DNA from: an uncultured Planctomycetaceae bacterium
GTDB taxonomy: Bacteria; Planctomycetota; Planctomycetia; Pirellulales; PALSA-1355
Direction of reading: 5' to 3'
Assembly: GCA_963785305.1 (NCBI GenBank)
Contig: CAWAUV010000007.1
Location: 2,048,001 to 2,112,000, forward strand
DNA length: 64,000 nucleotides
Shown here: positions 46,567-57,655 of the stretch, one piece after another
Layout of the letters: every line of letters starts with the position of its first letter
How positions within the stretch are numbered: the first letter of the stretch is position 1
Position numbers and translations under genes: made by a program
Notes under the pieces: generated by a model
Told to the model about the DNA's origin: nothing
What the model saw: only the letters and a program-made list of their open reading frames with translations
Database searches by the model: none

Positions 46567-47997
46567 GGTAGTGTCCGTCAAGATGCGCACATTGTTTTAG
46601 GCAGTTCGAGTGGGTAGCGGTGGTCCTCGTTCTCTTCTGTCTGCTTCCCCCGAGGGGGAAGGCCGGTTGCGACGATTACGCCGTCGCCGCCGGTTGCTCT
46701 GCTTCCGGTGGTTCTCGCAGTCGTTCCATGTCCAGGTAACAGCGCGTGCCCCACTTCGTGCCGGCGATGTGACGCAGCCGGGCCGCGACCAGCATCAAGG
46801 CGCTTCGCCCATCCGGGAAGGCGCCCGCGACGCGCGTCCGCCGGCGAATCTCACGCATGATTCGCTCCAGCGCGTTGTTCGTCCGTAGCCGCGTCCAGTG
46901 CTCGCGCGGGAAGGCCATGTACGAAAGCGTCTCTTCGTGGCCCGCCCGCACGATCTCGGCCGCTTGGCCCAATCGCATCGCATCGAGTTTGGCGACCACC
47001 GCCTGGGCCTTTTCACGAGCCGCCGCCCGGTCTTCCTGGGCATGGATCGCCTTGAGCATCGCCGCCACTTCCTTGCGCTTGCCGCGCGGAACCACCGTGA
47101 ACACATTGCGATAAAAATGCACCGTGCAGCGTTGCCACGCCACATCGGGAAAAAACTCTCCCAGCGCTTCCACCACGCCCAGGCTCTTGTCGCTCGTCAC
47201 TAGCCGCACGCCACGCAAGCCACGCTGCTTCAAATGCCGCAGGAAGCCACGCCAACTCTCGGCGTCTTCCTTCATGCCTTCGCACACGCCCAGTATCTCG
47301 CGATGGCCGTCGCTCCGCACGCCGATCGCCACCAACACCGCCACGTTCTTGACTTCCCCGCCCCACGAACGCTTCAGCCAAATGCCGTCCAGGAAAACGT
47401 ACGGATGCTCGCCTTCCAACGGGCGATTGCGCCAAGTGTCGATGTGGCAATAAATCTTCTGGTTCAGCTCGCTCACCGCGCTCGAACTCACTCGCTCGCC
47501 CCACAGCGCCTCGGTGATGTCCTCCACTCGCCGCACGCTCACGCCCGCCAGGTACATCTCCACCAGCGATTCCTCCACGCTGCTCTCGCGACGTCGATAT
47601 CGCTCGATGATCTGCGTCTCGAACGGCAAATTCCGCAGCCGCGGAACTTTCAGGTCCACCTCGCCCGCCTTCGTCAGCAGCTTCCGATGGTAACTGCCGG
47701 CCCGCGTGTCCAGCCGCTCCGGCGAACGCTCGTATCGGCCCGCGCCACAAACCGCGTCCGCCTCGGCGTCGAGCAGACCGTTCAGCGTCTGTTCGATGCT
47801 GGTCCGAACCAGCTCGTCCACATGCGCCCGCACCTGGCCCTCGTCGATCCGAATCACATCCCGCAAACTTGCTTCCCCAGGATTTTGTCCTACACTCGTC
47901 ATGGCAGTCCTCTGTGGTTGGTTAGTGATCCTTGAGCAGATCCGCTACCAACTCTAGGACTGCCTTTTCATTTGTGCGCAACTATCAGGACGTTATC
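46567..47997 (-). mobile_element. IS256-family element, no target duplication visible
   Basis: Imperfect IRs GGTAGTGTCCGTCAAGATGCGCACA / GATAACGTCCTGATAGTTGCGCACA. Confidence 0.88.
46676..47902 (-). CDS. IS256-family transposase
   Basis: EMYLAGVSVRRV, YVFLDG, LVTSD, WQRCTVHFYRN, RTNNALERIMREIRRR. Confidence 0.97.
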   Translation of the reverse strand: MTSVGQNPGEASLRDVIRIDEGQVRAHVDELVRTSIEQTLNGLLDAEADAVCGAGRYERSPERLDTRAGSYHRKLLTKAGEVDLKVPRLRNLPFETQIIERYRRRESSVEESLVEMYLAGVSVRRVEDITEALWGERVSSSAVSELNQKIYCHIDTWRNRPLEGEHPYVFLDGIWLKRSWGGEVKNVAVLVAIGVRSDGHREILGVCEGMKEDAESWRGFLRHLKQRGLRGVRLVTSDKSLGVVEALGEFFPDVAWQRCTVHFYRNVFTVVPRGKRKEVAAMLKAIHAQEDRAAAREKAQAVVAKLDAMRLGQAAEIVRAGHEETLSYMAFPREHWTRLRTNNALERIMREIRRRTRVAGAFPDGRSALMLVAARLRHIAGTKWGTRCYLDMERLREPPEAEQPAATA

Positions 47998-48151
47998 TGC
48001 GGGCCTGTTTTCACTCAAACGCTAGCGATTTCCCTTGAGCTCCGTCGAAGCCAACGCCACGAAATCAACCCTACTTGGGATCGCTACCCCCCTCGGACGT
48101 GGTTTTCGGGAGGGACAAGGACAGCAATGTAATACTATCTAATTCCGGCTT

Positions 48152-48496
48152 TTAATCTGTGAGGCCGTGCACTGAAACGCGCGACAAAAAATCCCAGACG
48201 ACAAAGAAAATAACAATGGCCTGTATGACGATCCCAATAACTGCGCCAATGCGTTTCTTCTTAATAGGCGCAAGCAAGCCGGCAAATCCAAAAGCGCCGC
48301 CCATGATCCACAAGACGCACTTCAGTAACAGAAAGCCGTTATCTGTCGCTTGTGCGAGCCTAAGGCATCCAAGGCCGGCTGCTATTAATGTCACGCACCA
48401 AATGAGATCCGCTATATGCAAGCGAAGAAAAACCGGCATTTTAAGGCCAAAGGTACAAAAATATGTTATTTTCAATCTTATTAGTAGCACGCTCAA
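48152..48496 (-). CDS. Small 3-TM membrane protein, putative immunity for cassette 1 (alternative ATG at 48439)
   Basis: Abuts the toxin stop; RLHIADLIWCVTLIAAGLG plus two more TM segments. Confidence 0.65.
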   Translation of the reverse strand: MSVLLIRLKITYFCTFGLKMPVFLRLHIADLIWCVTLIAAGLGCLRLAQATDNGFLLLKCVLWIMGGAFGFAGLLAPIKKKRIGAVIGIVIQAIVIFFVVWDFLSRVSVHGLTD

Positions 48497-51400
48497 CGAA
48501 TGGGCAATGGATCATTGTCGCGGACGCCCGCGGGAACGGACGCGCTGCTTTCTCCATCAGGATACCCGGAAAGAAAAGAAGCATGCATCGTAAGCGAATC
48601 GTATGTCCATATCGAAGACTTTGCGGTAAATCTAATGTCAATGTTATATGGGTGACCGTTGACCCATTCACCAATACTCGCGAATTCTGAATCGTCAGTC
48701 GTTGTTGCGCCACCTTCGGTAACAGTTTCTACGCCAGGATGCAAGTCGCCGCGGTCAAGCCATTGAAATGTCAGGTCGCAGAACGCGATTTGAGTTATTT
48801 TTGGATCTCCGTGATTAGGATCGCACGTCGTCTCAAACCACCCCATTACGTTGAAGCTATGCGCTCCGTGAAGCGTGAGCAACATCGAGTCTAGTTCATT
48901 GAGCGTGACACCGCGAATCGTGAAGTGAAAGTCGCCGCTCGTCGCCTTATATGGCTGATTCCTCACGATCGCTTCTGCCTTCTTTTGCAGGGCGGCTTTA
49001 ACGTCTCGCTGTATCTCCGGCCGACTTGACATAAAGTCCGCCCATGTTTGGTTTCTGCTAGCGGGATCGCCTGATTGATGATTTTGTCCATTCAGTTTTA
49101 GTCCTATTGCTCGCCCGTCGCCATTGTACTCGTAATAATCGCCAGCATAAAATGTCCTTCCTTCGCCAAAGATATACCAAAACACAAGCTCTCTGGCAAA
49201 AAAAGAACCGGGATCCTTCCCGCCGTTAAAAAACGACTTCAACGAGCCTAATGGCGAAAGTCCAGTCGAATCACTCTCGGTAAGCGTCGAATTAAAAACA
49301 TATCTTTCTAGGTTCGTGTCGCCACCGGCGAATCCAATCGGATCGTTCTGCGACCAAAGCCCGTCGACCGCGTCGTAGTAGCGGGTCATGCTTTTGTCGA
49401 GGCCGGTGGCGGTGTCGTGGACGAAGCCGGTGTAGCCGAAGAGGTAATTGATCGTGGTGTCGGTTTGGCTGGTCACGGCGCCGAAGGCGGTGTAGGCGAT
49501 GTGGTTGACGATCGTCGTCGTTGCCGTCGTCGCGTCGTATTCGACCAAGTCGCGGGCCGTTCCTTGGTTGTCGACCAAGGGGTAAAGCACGATGCCGGCG
49601 GCGGTTGGAAGTTCCCCGGCCTCCGTCGGGTCGAACTGCTCGTCGGCGAAGACTTGATCCACCATTGGGCCATCCAAGTACCGGTTCGTCAGGGCGTTCG
49701 TGCCATCGAGCGTGGCGACGATGGCTTGGCCGTCGTACACGAACTTTGTTTCGGTCGTGGCGCCGCCGGCTACCGCGACAGTTTCCGAAACTTGCCGGCC
49801 AACCGCGTCGTACGTGTACGTCACGGTTTGCGTGACCACGCCGGCCGCAGTGTAGCTGGTGACGCTGGTCAATTCGTTGCGGTAATCGTAAGCGTAGGTC
49901 GTATACGCGTCGGTGGCGATGTCGGTTTGCTCGATGCGGTTGCCGTCGGCGTCGTACTCGTAGTTGTAAGTACCGTCGGTGATGAGCGTGTTGTTCGCGC
50001 CGGTTGTCGAACTCGTGGTGGTCGAGCCGGTTGTCGTCGATTGGCGGTTGCCCGTCGCGTCGTAAACGTAGCCTTCGTCGAGCGACGGATCGTTGACGCC
50101 GGTCGCGCCGGTAAGCTGGCCGGCCGGATCGTAGGAGTATGTTAAATCTTCATTGGAATGTTGGCTGTTCAAAAACGACGTGATTTCGCCGAGCGAATTG
50201 AACGTCCAAGTGTAACCTGCGAGCGTGTTGCCCTGGGCGGTGTACGTCAAGCCGGTTAGCTCGCTGGCGCCGTTGTAGCCGTAGCTGCTTGAATACACAT
50301 TCTCGGTCGCCGCCAGATCGGCATACGTCGAGACGCCGGTGATCTGACCGTTGTTGTTGTACGAAAGATTCACCCGCTTAGGCGCGACGTAATCGCCGCC
50401 GGCTTGGCCTTGCTGGGTGACGCTCGTTTCTCGGTCGAGATTATCGTAGGTGTAGTTGTTGAGGTAATCGGATGTCCCGTTGATCGACAAGGCGCTCGAG
50501 GTACGGTTGCCGTCTTGATCGTATGCGCTCGTCAATGTCACAGGGCCTGAATAGCCGTTGCCGGTCACGGAATCGGTCGTGACTTCGCCCTGGTTGTTGT
50601 AGCTGAGCGTGTCGGTCGTCGTCGGCGCGGCGGCGCTGGTGAGCTCGCCATCGGCGTCGTAGGCATACGTGTACGTCGCCGAGGGATTCGTGAGGCTGCC
50701 CCAGAGTTCGGCGGTTTTTTCATCGAGGGCGTTGTACTCGTAGTATGTCGTCTGGCCGTCGAAATCCGTGGCGCTGGTTTCATTGCCGTTCGCGTCGTAC
50801 GTGAACGACTCACTCACCGGCACGTTCGTCGCCGAGGGGTTTTCATAGACACTCCGCGATTCGCCGACCAAGCGATTCAAATTGTCGTACGTGAACATCG
50901 TCGTATTGCCGTCGGCGTCGGTGAGGGTGGTTTGGTTGCCGCTCAAGTCGTAGGTAAAACTCGTCACATTGCCGTCGGGGTCGGTGGTGGCGGTTTCTTC
51001 TCCGAGGTGGTTGTAGGTGTAATAGGTCGCTTGCTGGGTCGGTGTGGCGATGTACGCGCTCGGGTCGGCGATGTAATTTTCGACGGCGGTGACGTCGGCG
51101 CTCGTCACGGTATTATTGCCGAGCACATCGTAATAGGGCGGCGGAGCGTCGCCCGCGGTCGGCGTGGGCAAAGCCCCGCCGCCGGTGGCGTTGTACTCTT
51201 GGATCAACGCCAGCACATCGGCCGGCGTGACACTGCCGTCGCCGTTCACATCGAACACATTCGCCGGATTCTGCCACGCGGTCGCCGCGGCGGCTGTGGC
51301 CTGCTCGAGCAGGTTGCCGTCGGCGTCGTAGGCGTAGTCGGTCGTCGTGCCGGCCACGCCGTTCTCGGGCGCCGGCGCGGTTTGCGAGGTCATTTGGCCC

Positions 51401-52790
51401 AGGGCGTTGTAGGCGTAGGTCGTCGTCTGGCCGAGCGGATCGGTCGTGCTCGTGACTTCGCCGTCGGCGTCGTACGATGTCGCGCTCGCCGCGCCAAGGC
51501 CGCCGCCACTCGCGGCCGGCTCGATCGTTTTGATCTCGCGGCCCAGGCTGTCGTACACATAGCGCGTGGTCGCGCCGTTGGGATCGGTTTGGGCGACCAT
51601 GTTGCCATTGGGATCGTACACGGCGCTGGTCGTGGGGCCGGGACCGGAGCCGCTGGCCGCCTGCTGCGTGACGCTCGATTGCTCGCCGGCGCCGTTGTAG
51701 GCGTAAGTCGTCACGCGGCCCAGCGGATCGATCGTCGCGACCACCTCGTTGTCGAGATCGTACAGCGTGCTCGTCGTCGGGCCTTGGCCGGCGCCGCCGT
51801 TCGGATTCGGCTGGATGACAGCCACTTGCCGCTCGAGGCCATCGTACACGTACCGCGTCGTGGCGCCATTCGGATCGGTCATGGAAAGCTCGTTGCCCGC
51901 GGCGTCATACGTATAAGTGGTGGTCGGCGCGGCGGCGCCCGACGACGGCGCGGGCTGGGTGACGCTCGTCTGGCGGCCATCGCCATCGTACGCATAGGTC
52001 GTCACATTGCCCAGCGCGTCGGTCATGCTCGTCACTTCGCCATCGAGGTCGTACCCGACATACGTCGTCGGCCCGCCGCCCGCCGCCCCGGTCGCCGCGC
52101 TGGGCTCGATCGTTTCGGTTTGCTGGCCAAGCGCATTATACACATACTCGGTCGTGTTCCCGTCGCCATCGGTCGTGGAAAGCACGTTGCCGTCGCCGTC
52201 GTAGGTGGTGATCGTCGTCGGGCCCGAGCCGGCGATGCCGGTCAGGGCGTTCGGCTCGATGACTTCGGTCTGTTCGCCGAGATCATTATACACATACTCG
52301 GTCGTCCGCCCGAGCGGGTCGGTCATCGACAGCTCGTTGCCGTTGGCGTCGTAGGTGTGGGTGGTGGTCACTCCGCTCGAGGCGGCCACGGGCGCCGACG
52401 ACGCCAAGAGCGCGATCTGGCCGGCGGTGAGCGCCGTATCGTAGATCGCCACCGGGCCGATATCGCCGTCGAGATAGCGAGTGCCATCGGACGAGGCGCC
52501 GATCGTCCAGGGAGCATTGACCGCCACGGCCCCTTGCGTGCTCGCCGTGCTGCTCACAAGCGCGCCGTCGGCATAGAGTTGCCACGCGCTGCCGGTGAAC
52601 ACGCCCGTCAAAAACACCCAATTGCCGATGTCGCCCGCCGGAATCGGCGCCGTGGTCGCTTGGTCGCTGCCGTTCCAAGTGCCGAACTGGAAGTAGCCGC
52701 TGTTGATCCGCAGATACACTTCGGCGTCGGAATTATACGTGTAACCGTGGGCCACGATATCTTGCAGCCCGGCCGTCGATTGCACATCGA
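48493..52790 (-). pseudogene. Orphan RHS cassette 1: partial LamG + YD + dockerin + core + tip
   Basis: 1438-aa ORF near-identical to cassette 4 up to the core end; starts mid-LamG; tip ARELVFWYIFGEG..TLHG..WLDRGDLHPG. Confidence 0.9.
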
Positions 52791-52923
52791 ACTTCAACCA
52801 CGGCCACACGCCGAAGGGAAAGCCGCGCGCCGAGAAGTAAAAACAGTCCCAGAGGCCCCGTTTTCACTTCAACGCCGGCGATTTTTCTTGAGCCTCGCCG
52901 AAACCGGCGCCGTGAATTCGCCG

Positions 52924-53391
52924 CTACTCGGGATCGTTTTCCCCTCCGACGAGGTTTTTGGGAGGGATTTGGACAGCCTTTCGGGATGGACTGGTACAAC
53001 GATTACGGAAAAGCAAAATAATCTTCAACACGAAGCCGATGGCAACGAAAACAAACGAAAAACTCCATATCAGATCCCGCTCAACGAGAGACAAATTCGC
53101 GCAGTAATATCTCAAGCAAAAGCACACGACAACACCCTGGCTGAATAGAAGCATCAGGAGCGGACATTTTAAGGTTAGCCGCCACCGGCGCAAACGCGAA
53201 CTCGCCACAACAAGCAAACCGATGACAGATAAAAAAAGAAGAAATCCGAGTTGAAGGCCAAATCCGATTGATGGCGCCTGGGCGAGCAAGATCGAAAACG
53301 TAGCCGATGACGTCGCATCGATGCGAGCACGGTGACATGTAAAGCAAACCATATGCCCTGACGAATCGCGCAATTTAATTGGTAATAACAA
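52924..53391 (-). CDS. Small membrane protein, possible orphan immunity gene
   Basis: Three hydrophobic segments, low GC, same strand as the array; start uncertain. Confidence 0.45.
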   Translation of the reverse strand: MLLPIKLRDSSGHMVCFTCHRARIDATSSATFSILLAQAPSIGFGLQLGFLLFLSVIGLLVVASSRLRRWRLTLKCPLLMLLFSQGVVVCFCLRYYCANLSLVERDLIWSFSFVFVAIGFVLKIILLFRNRCTSPSRKAVQIPPKNLVGGENDPE

Positions 53392-53494
53392 GGAAACATC
53401 TGAACAATGGCGAATCGGTTTCCGCAGCTTCGGTGCCCGAAAATAGCGGTTCTTCCATTACCACTCGCATTGTTCGAAGAAAAATCGCGGTTGG

Positions 53495-53577
53495 CGCGGA
53501 ATCCCTCGCCGACACTTCGGGTTGTGATCCACAGCGGCGTTCTGTCGTAACCAGAAGCGTCGGCGAGGGATTCCGCG
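53495..53577. repeat. REP/REPIN-like inverted repeat (33-bp arms, 17-nt spacer)
   Basis: CGCGGAATCCCTCGCCGACACTTCGGGTTGTGA versus the reverse complement of 53545-53577; 29/33 match. Confidence 0.8.
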
Positions 53578-53725
53578 ATCTGTCCAGCGCAGCGTGTCTT
53601 GGCTCCACCTGCACGCACAAACGGAAGAGCCAAAATAGCTAGCATTAGTAAAACTAGGATCGCATGCTATCGATTCTTGACGAAGCATCTCCTGAAACGA
53701 TTCGTTTAATGCTCTTGTGCCTAGA

Positions 53726-55638
53726 CCTTAAACAAGCGTACGCGGTTGCGTTTTGCGGCGGTTTCGCGTGGCCGGCGGTGCGCGCGGCGTGAGCGGGCGG
53801 CGCCGGCGGGCGCGCTACTCTCGGCGGCGGGTTTTTGTTTGGCATTGGCGGTTGGCTTTCCTGGTTCGGCGTGGCGGCGGACCGGAGCGTCCGGACTCCG
53901 GCTTCAATTGATCGGCGTCAACATCGCAGGCCGTCCAGCCAGCGAAACAACACGACTTGCCAGCGATTCCAACCCAACAAACGATAGATCAATCTTCGCC
54001 CGCCACGCACGATTTGACATGGCATCCGAATGAAAGCGTTGCGGAATGTCTTGAACTCCATCTTGAGCACCGTCTTCTTTTCCTCGCGCCGCGCTTCTTG
54101 TTCGCGGCCCGGCGGCTCGGGCAAGAGCAAGGCCCACCACGCCTTCAGGTTCCAGGCCAGCGAGACCATCACCATGTAGGCCCAGTTGCTCACCAAGTTG
54201 TCGACCGGCGCGTGCAAGGCGCGCACCGCGCCTTTAAGCTGCGCGTTCAGGTTCTCTTGATCGCAGCGGTCGTTCGCCTCGAACACCACTTCGGCCGGCG
54301 TGAGCTCGCGATCGTTCGTCAAGTAGAAGAAGTAGCGATAGCTGGAAAACAGCGTCCGCTGACCTTGGTGCTCGTCGATCCACTTGCGCACCACCACCAG
54401 GCGATACACCTTCTTGCACGCCGTGGGTCGATAATCAAACTCGGCGACCTCTTCGCCCACCAGCCGCAGGTTCTTGAATTCCCGCTCGCGCACGATGCCT
54501 TCCTTAACATTGGTCGGCCGCGCGCGGTGCTTCGTCTTCACGGCATAACGCGGCGTGCGCTCGAGCGGTTGCCAGGACTTGTCCTTCAAGTCGTCGGCCA
54601 AAAGCTGCAATTTCAGCTTGGCGTCCATGCCGAACACGAATCGCACGCGCGGGTCGTCCGTCCAGCGGTCCAGATGCGTCGTCTGCGAGAAGTCGGTGTC
54701 GCCGCGGAGCAACACCTTGCGAAAGCCGCCGGCGAAGCAGACTTCCAGCGCACGATCGACTTCGGCCGCCGCCCCTTCGTGGCTGGGCCGGTTGCCCGAG
54801 CGGTTGACGATCGAGAACACTTCGCCCGTGTTGGCCAGCGACACGACCAGCGGATGATAGCCCCATTCGCCCTTGTGGGAGATGTCCATGCCCTCCTTGC
54901 ACTGGCCGCCGGTGGGCGCGAACACGCCGTCCATGTCGATGCGGGCTTGGGCGAAGAACTCGGCGGGCTGGCGAGCCCAAGCTTTATGTCGTGTTTCGTG
55001 GAAAGCTTCTTGCAGCGCGCGCACGTCGCTCGGCTTGAAACGTCGGCAGAAGTCGCCCGCCGTGGTCGGATCGGGCACGCGCCGGGCGCCGAGCGCGTCG
55101 AGATAGACTTCGTCGTTGCGGCGCAGTTCGAGGTCTTCCAAGCAATCGCCGTCGCACAAGGCGTTGAACGCTAGGTTGAGCACATGATCGCTCTCATGAT
55201 ATGGCAGATGCACCTTGAGCAGATGCAATCGCCGATCGATCGCTTCGGCCAGCCCCAGTTCTTGGACCAGCAACCGCATCGCGCCGAAGCCGCCATAAGC
55301 CATGCCTTGCGCGCGCTCCGCAAGCTCATACTTGATATTGCCGGGCCGCATGATCGGGCGCTCGCAACCCTCGCAGTTGTGCTTGTCGATGCGCCGCTCG
55401 ACCCGCCGCTTGCATGCGGCGAGACGTCGGCGTATCTTGGCCCGTGTTCTTCGGCCCTTGGCCTGCGCCCTCTGACGCTTGGCCCGCGCTCTTTGGTTCT
55501 TGGCTTTCACTCGAAATCCCTCGGTGGCCGTGGTGTTCGTGACTGGCAAAAAACACAGAATACCGCAAATCCGCCGAGGGATTTCGCTTTTTTCCAAAAA
55601 TCTCCCCGCCCACGCCTCAAAGGGATACTGGTTTAAGG
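53726..55638 (-). mobile_element. IS1380-family element
   Basis: Terminal IR CCTTAAAC(A/C)AG; CCTAGA duplicated at 53720-53725 and 55639-55644 (or CTAG if each end is 1 bp longer). Confidence 0.9.
53918..55510 (-). CDS. IS1380-family transposase
   Basis: PYHESDHVL, PDPTTAGDFCRRF, IDMDG, GYHPL, LLRGDTDF, RCDQENLNAQLK. Confidence 0.95.
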   Translation of the reverse strand: MKAKNQRARAKRQRAQAKGRRTRAKIRRRLAACKRRVERRIDKHNCEGCERPIMRPGNIKYELAERAQGMAYGGFGAMRLLVQELGLAEAIDRRLHLLKVHLPYHESDHVLNLAFNALCDGDCLEDLELRRNDEVYLDALGARRVPDPTTAGDFCRRFKPSDVRALQEAFHETRHKAWARQPAEFFAQARIDMDGVFAPTGGQCKEGMDISHKGEWGYHPLVVSLANTGEVFSIVNRSGNRPSHEGAAAEVDRALEVCFAGGFRKVLLRGDTDFSQTTHLDRWTDDPRVRFVFGMDAKLKLQLLADDLKDKSWQPLERTPRYAVKTKHRARPTNVKEGIVREREFKNLRLVGEEVAEFDYRPTACKKVYRLVVVRKWIDEHQGQRTLFSSYRYFFYLTNDRELTPAEVVFEANDRCDQENLNAQLKGAVRALHAPVDNLVSNWAYMVMVSLAWNLKAWWALLLPEPPGREQEARREEKKTVLKMEFKTFRNAFIRMPCQIVRGGRRLIYRLLGWNRWQVVLFRWLDGLRC

Positions 55639-55904
55639 CCTAGAAGGAAACGCACCCATTCCCAAGGTATCCTCACGTGATTTTCGACAAGTTCGGAATG
55701 CCGTCTTCAAGGAACTTGTGGATATTTAGAGGCTCGACAAAACCACTGGGAAAGGCTGGTAAAAAAGGCAGTTGCACGGGTTTTGTCAGAGCCTCTCATG
55801 TCCTCGATAAAGATTCTGTTCGCACCCGAAACGGTAACCGTTCACGCCCCGTCGAGTAGCGGGGTTGGTTTTTTGCCTGCGAGGTGGGATTTCACGGCTT
55901 GGGA

Positions 55905-57319
55905 TCAGCCGAAAAATAACTTCCCGGGAATTTGTTTCATGGGTTTGGCGGTGTAGTTTAGCAGGGGTAGCTGTTCGTCGAACTTGATCGGCATCATTTC
56001 GCGAAATGCGGTGGTTACTTTTCGCTTCAGTTGATAGTTCAACTTTCGCACTTTGTGCTAGCATTCGAATTAGCGTTTATTCGTGAGTTTTAGGCGTTTC
56101 GCGCAACGCGTGGGCATTTTTTGCGTATCACGCAACCTGCGATGACTCTCGGAAGCTCGCATAAATCTCGTAAAATCCGAGGAAATAAAAGCCTATTGCT
56201 ATCAAAAAACGCGAAACTCGAAGATAGGCCTTATCCATAATGTTCACCGAGACTTTGAGGCCGGTGCTGGTATGAGTTCGTTCGATACACTTCTTCGCCA
56301 AGTCGATGCCGCGGAGCACGATGCCCGACAGGGCGCGCGAGACGTGGGGAAACAGGCGATGCTCGATCGGATTGTACTTGGAACAGTAAGGAAGATAATG
56401 CGCCACGCGGATCGGCAGGCCGATCTGATTGGCCAGGCATTGCAGGTCTTGTTTGAAAATCCGATGCCGACAATTATTGCTACCGCCCGCGTCGCAAAAG
56501 AGCAGGATCGAAGTGGCGTGGGGATAGGTCGCTTGGCCCGTGGTTTGCCACCAGCCGAAGACGCAATCGCGGACGAACTCGCTCGTGTCGTGACTCACGC
56601 CCAGCGTGATATGGCCCAGGTTCGTGGCCAGATCGTAGATGCCATGCGGAACCAGTTGGAGTTGGCCGGGTCGCTTGAAGTCGTGGTCGAGCACGCGGTT
56701 TGGGCCGTCGGACCAAGCCCGGCCGTCGGGCTGAAACTCGCCGATCGGCTCCTTTTTCTTGGTGTCGATGCTGAGAGCCGGGTTGCCGGCGTCGAGATAC
56801 TCGGCTTTCAAGGCGGCGATTTTTTCGAATTGCTCGTCGCGAAATTCACAGACGCCGAGTGCTTTCGTTTTCTCGGGCCGTCGCAACGAGAAGCCGCCAT
56901 CGACGAGCAGTTGGCGCACCGTATCCCCGCGGATCGGCGTGCCGCGGTCGTCCAAGGCGGTGGCGATTTCGGCGGGCGTGAGATTGGTCCAGGTCACGTC
57001 CTCGCGCATCGGATCGCCCGCCGTGTGTTCGTCGACGATCTCGATCAAGTTTTCGGCGATGGCGGGGTTGCTATCAAGACAGCACTTGCGTCCCCCCTTT
57101 TTTACGCACGCGTCCGGCGGCCGGATCGCGCGGCAATTGGCCGACGTCGGCCGTCCCGCGCCGCACGGTTTTGGGATCGCAGTCGAACAGCTTGGCAATA
57201 TATTCCCCGCCGCCGCGACCCAACTTTCGCGCCTCGATTCCCGCATACCGCCGCCGATCTTTCTCGGACAACGATTGATAAAAACACTTCATCTCGTGTT
57301 CGATTTCGGGGGAATACAT
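55905..57319 (-). pseudogene. ISAzo13 transposase; A6G6 slippery site at 57092-57103; C-terminus disrupted by the 187-bp element
   Basis: LSEKDRRRYAG, TAGDPM, SIDTKKKE, HDTSEF, CDAGGSN, SKYNPIEHRLF. Removing the insert restores KAYQLKRKV..FDEQLPLLNYTAKP. Confidence 0.9.
56037..56223. mobile_element. 187-bp MITE-like insertion, copy B, ATA target duplication
   Basis: ATA[GTTCAACTTTCGC...CGCGAAACTCGAAG]ATA; colinear with the reverse complement of copy A. Confidence 0.9.
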
Positions 57320-57435
57320 GCGCTCGGCCCTCCTATATTCCAGATCAATCCCACGGACCCAGCCCCGGCGGCTGACGACGAAAACTCAGAATAACATTTG
57401 GAAAACCTCCCGGGAAGTTATTTTTCGGGCGATCC

Positions 57436-57655
57436 TAACTTTCTCGGTGCTGATACTTTTCACCACCCCCTCGTAGATGGTGCATTTCCCATCCGTGATC
57501 TTGGTAAAAACCTGCCATCGATCATCGGGCTTTGACTCGATGGGCGCCGTGGCTTCGAACGTCACATCGCAGGGCGCTTGTTCATCGGCGTTTGAGACCT
57601 GAACAAATCCGTACATGCACAACGCAACGGCTAGATAACAGCGATTTGGAATCAT
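57436..57655 (-). pseudogene. 5' part of a secreted protein truncated by ISAzo13
   Basis: Signal-peptide-like MIPNRCYLAVALCMYGFVQVSNA; the ORF reads into the IS inverted repeat. Confidence 0.5.

Larger units (their letters stand above)
55902..57435 (-). mobile_element. ISAzo13-family element
   Basis: IRs GGATC..CCGAAAAATAACTTCCCGGGA at both ends; flanks differ, so no clear TSD. Confidence 0.88.

Noticed and set aside
30180..52790. Diversity-generating retroelement explanation for the repeated RHS segments
   Set aside because: No reverse transcriptase in the window, and differences between copies are not confined to adenines; the tips are non-homologous replacements.
30180..53391. Integron or CRISPR interpretation of the cassette array
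   Set aside because: No tyrosine integrase, no regular attC-like sites, no equal-length repeat-spacer units and no cas genes seen.
55645..55900. Possible gene remnant between IS1380 and ISAzo13
   Set aside because: Joining the flanks across either IS did not give a convincing continuous ORF.
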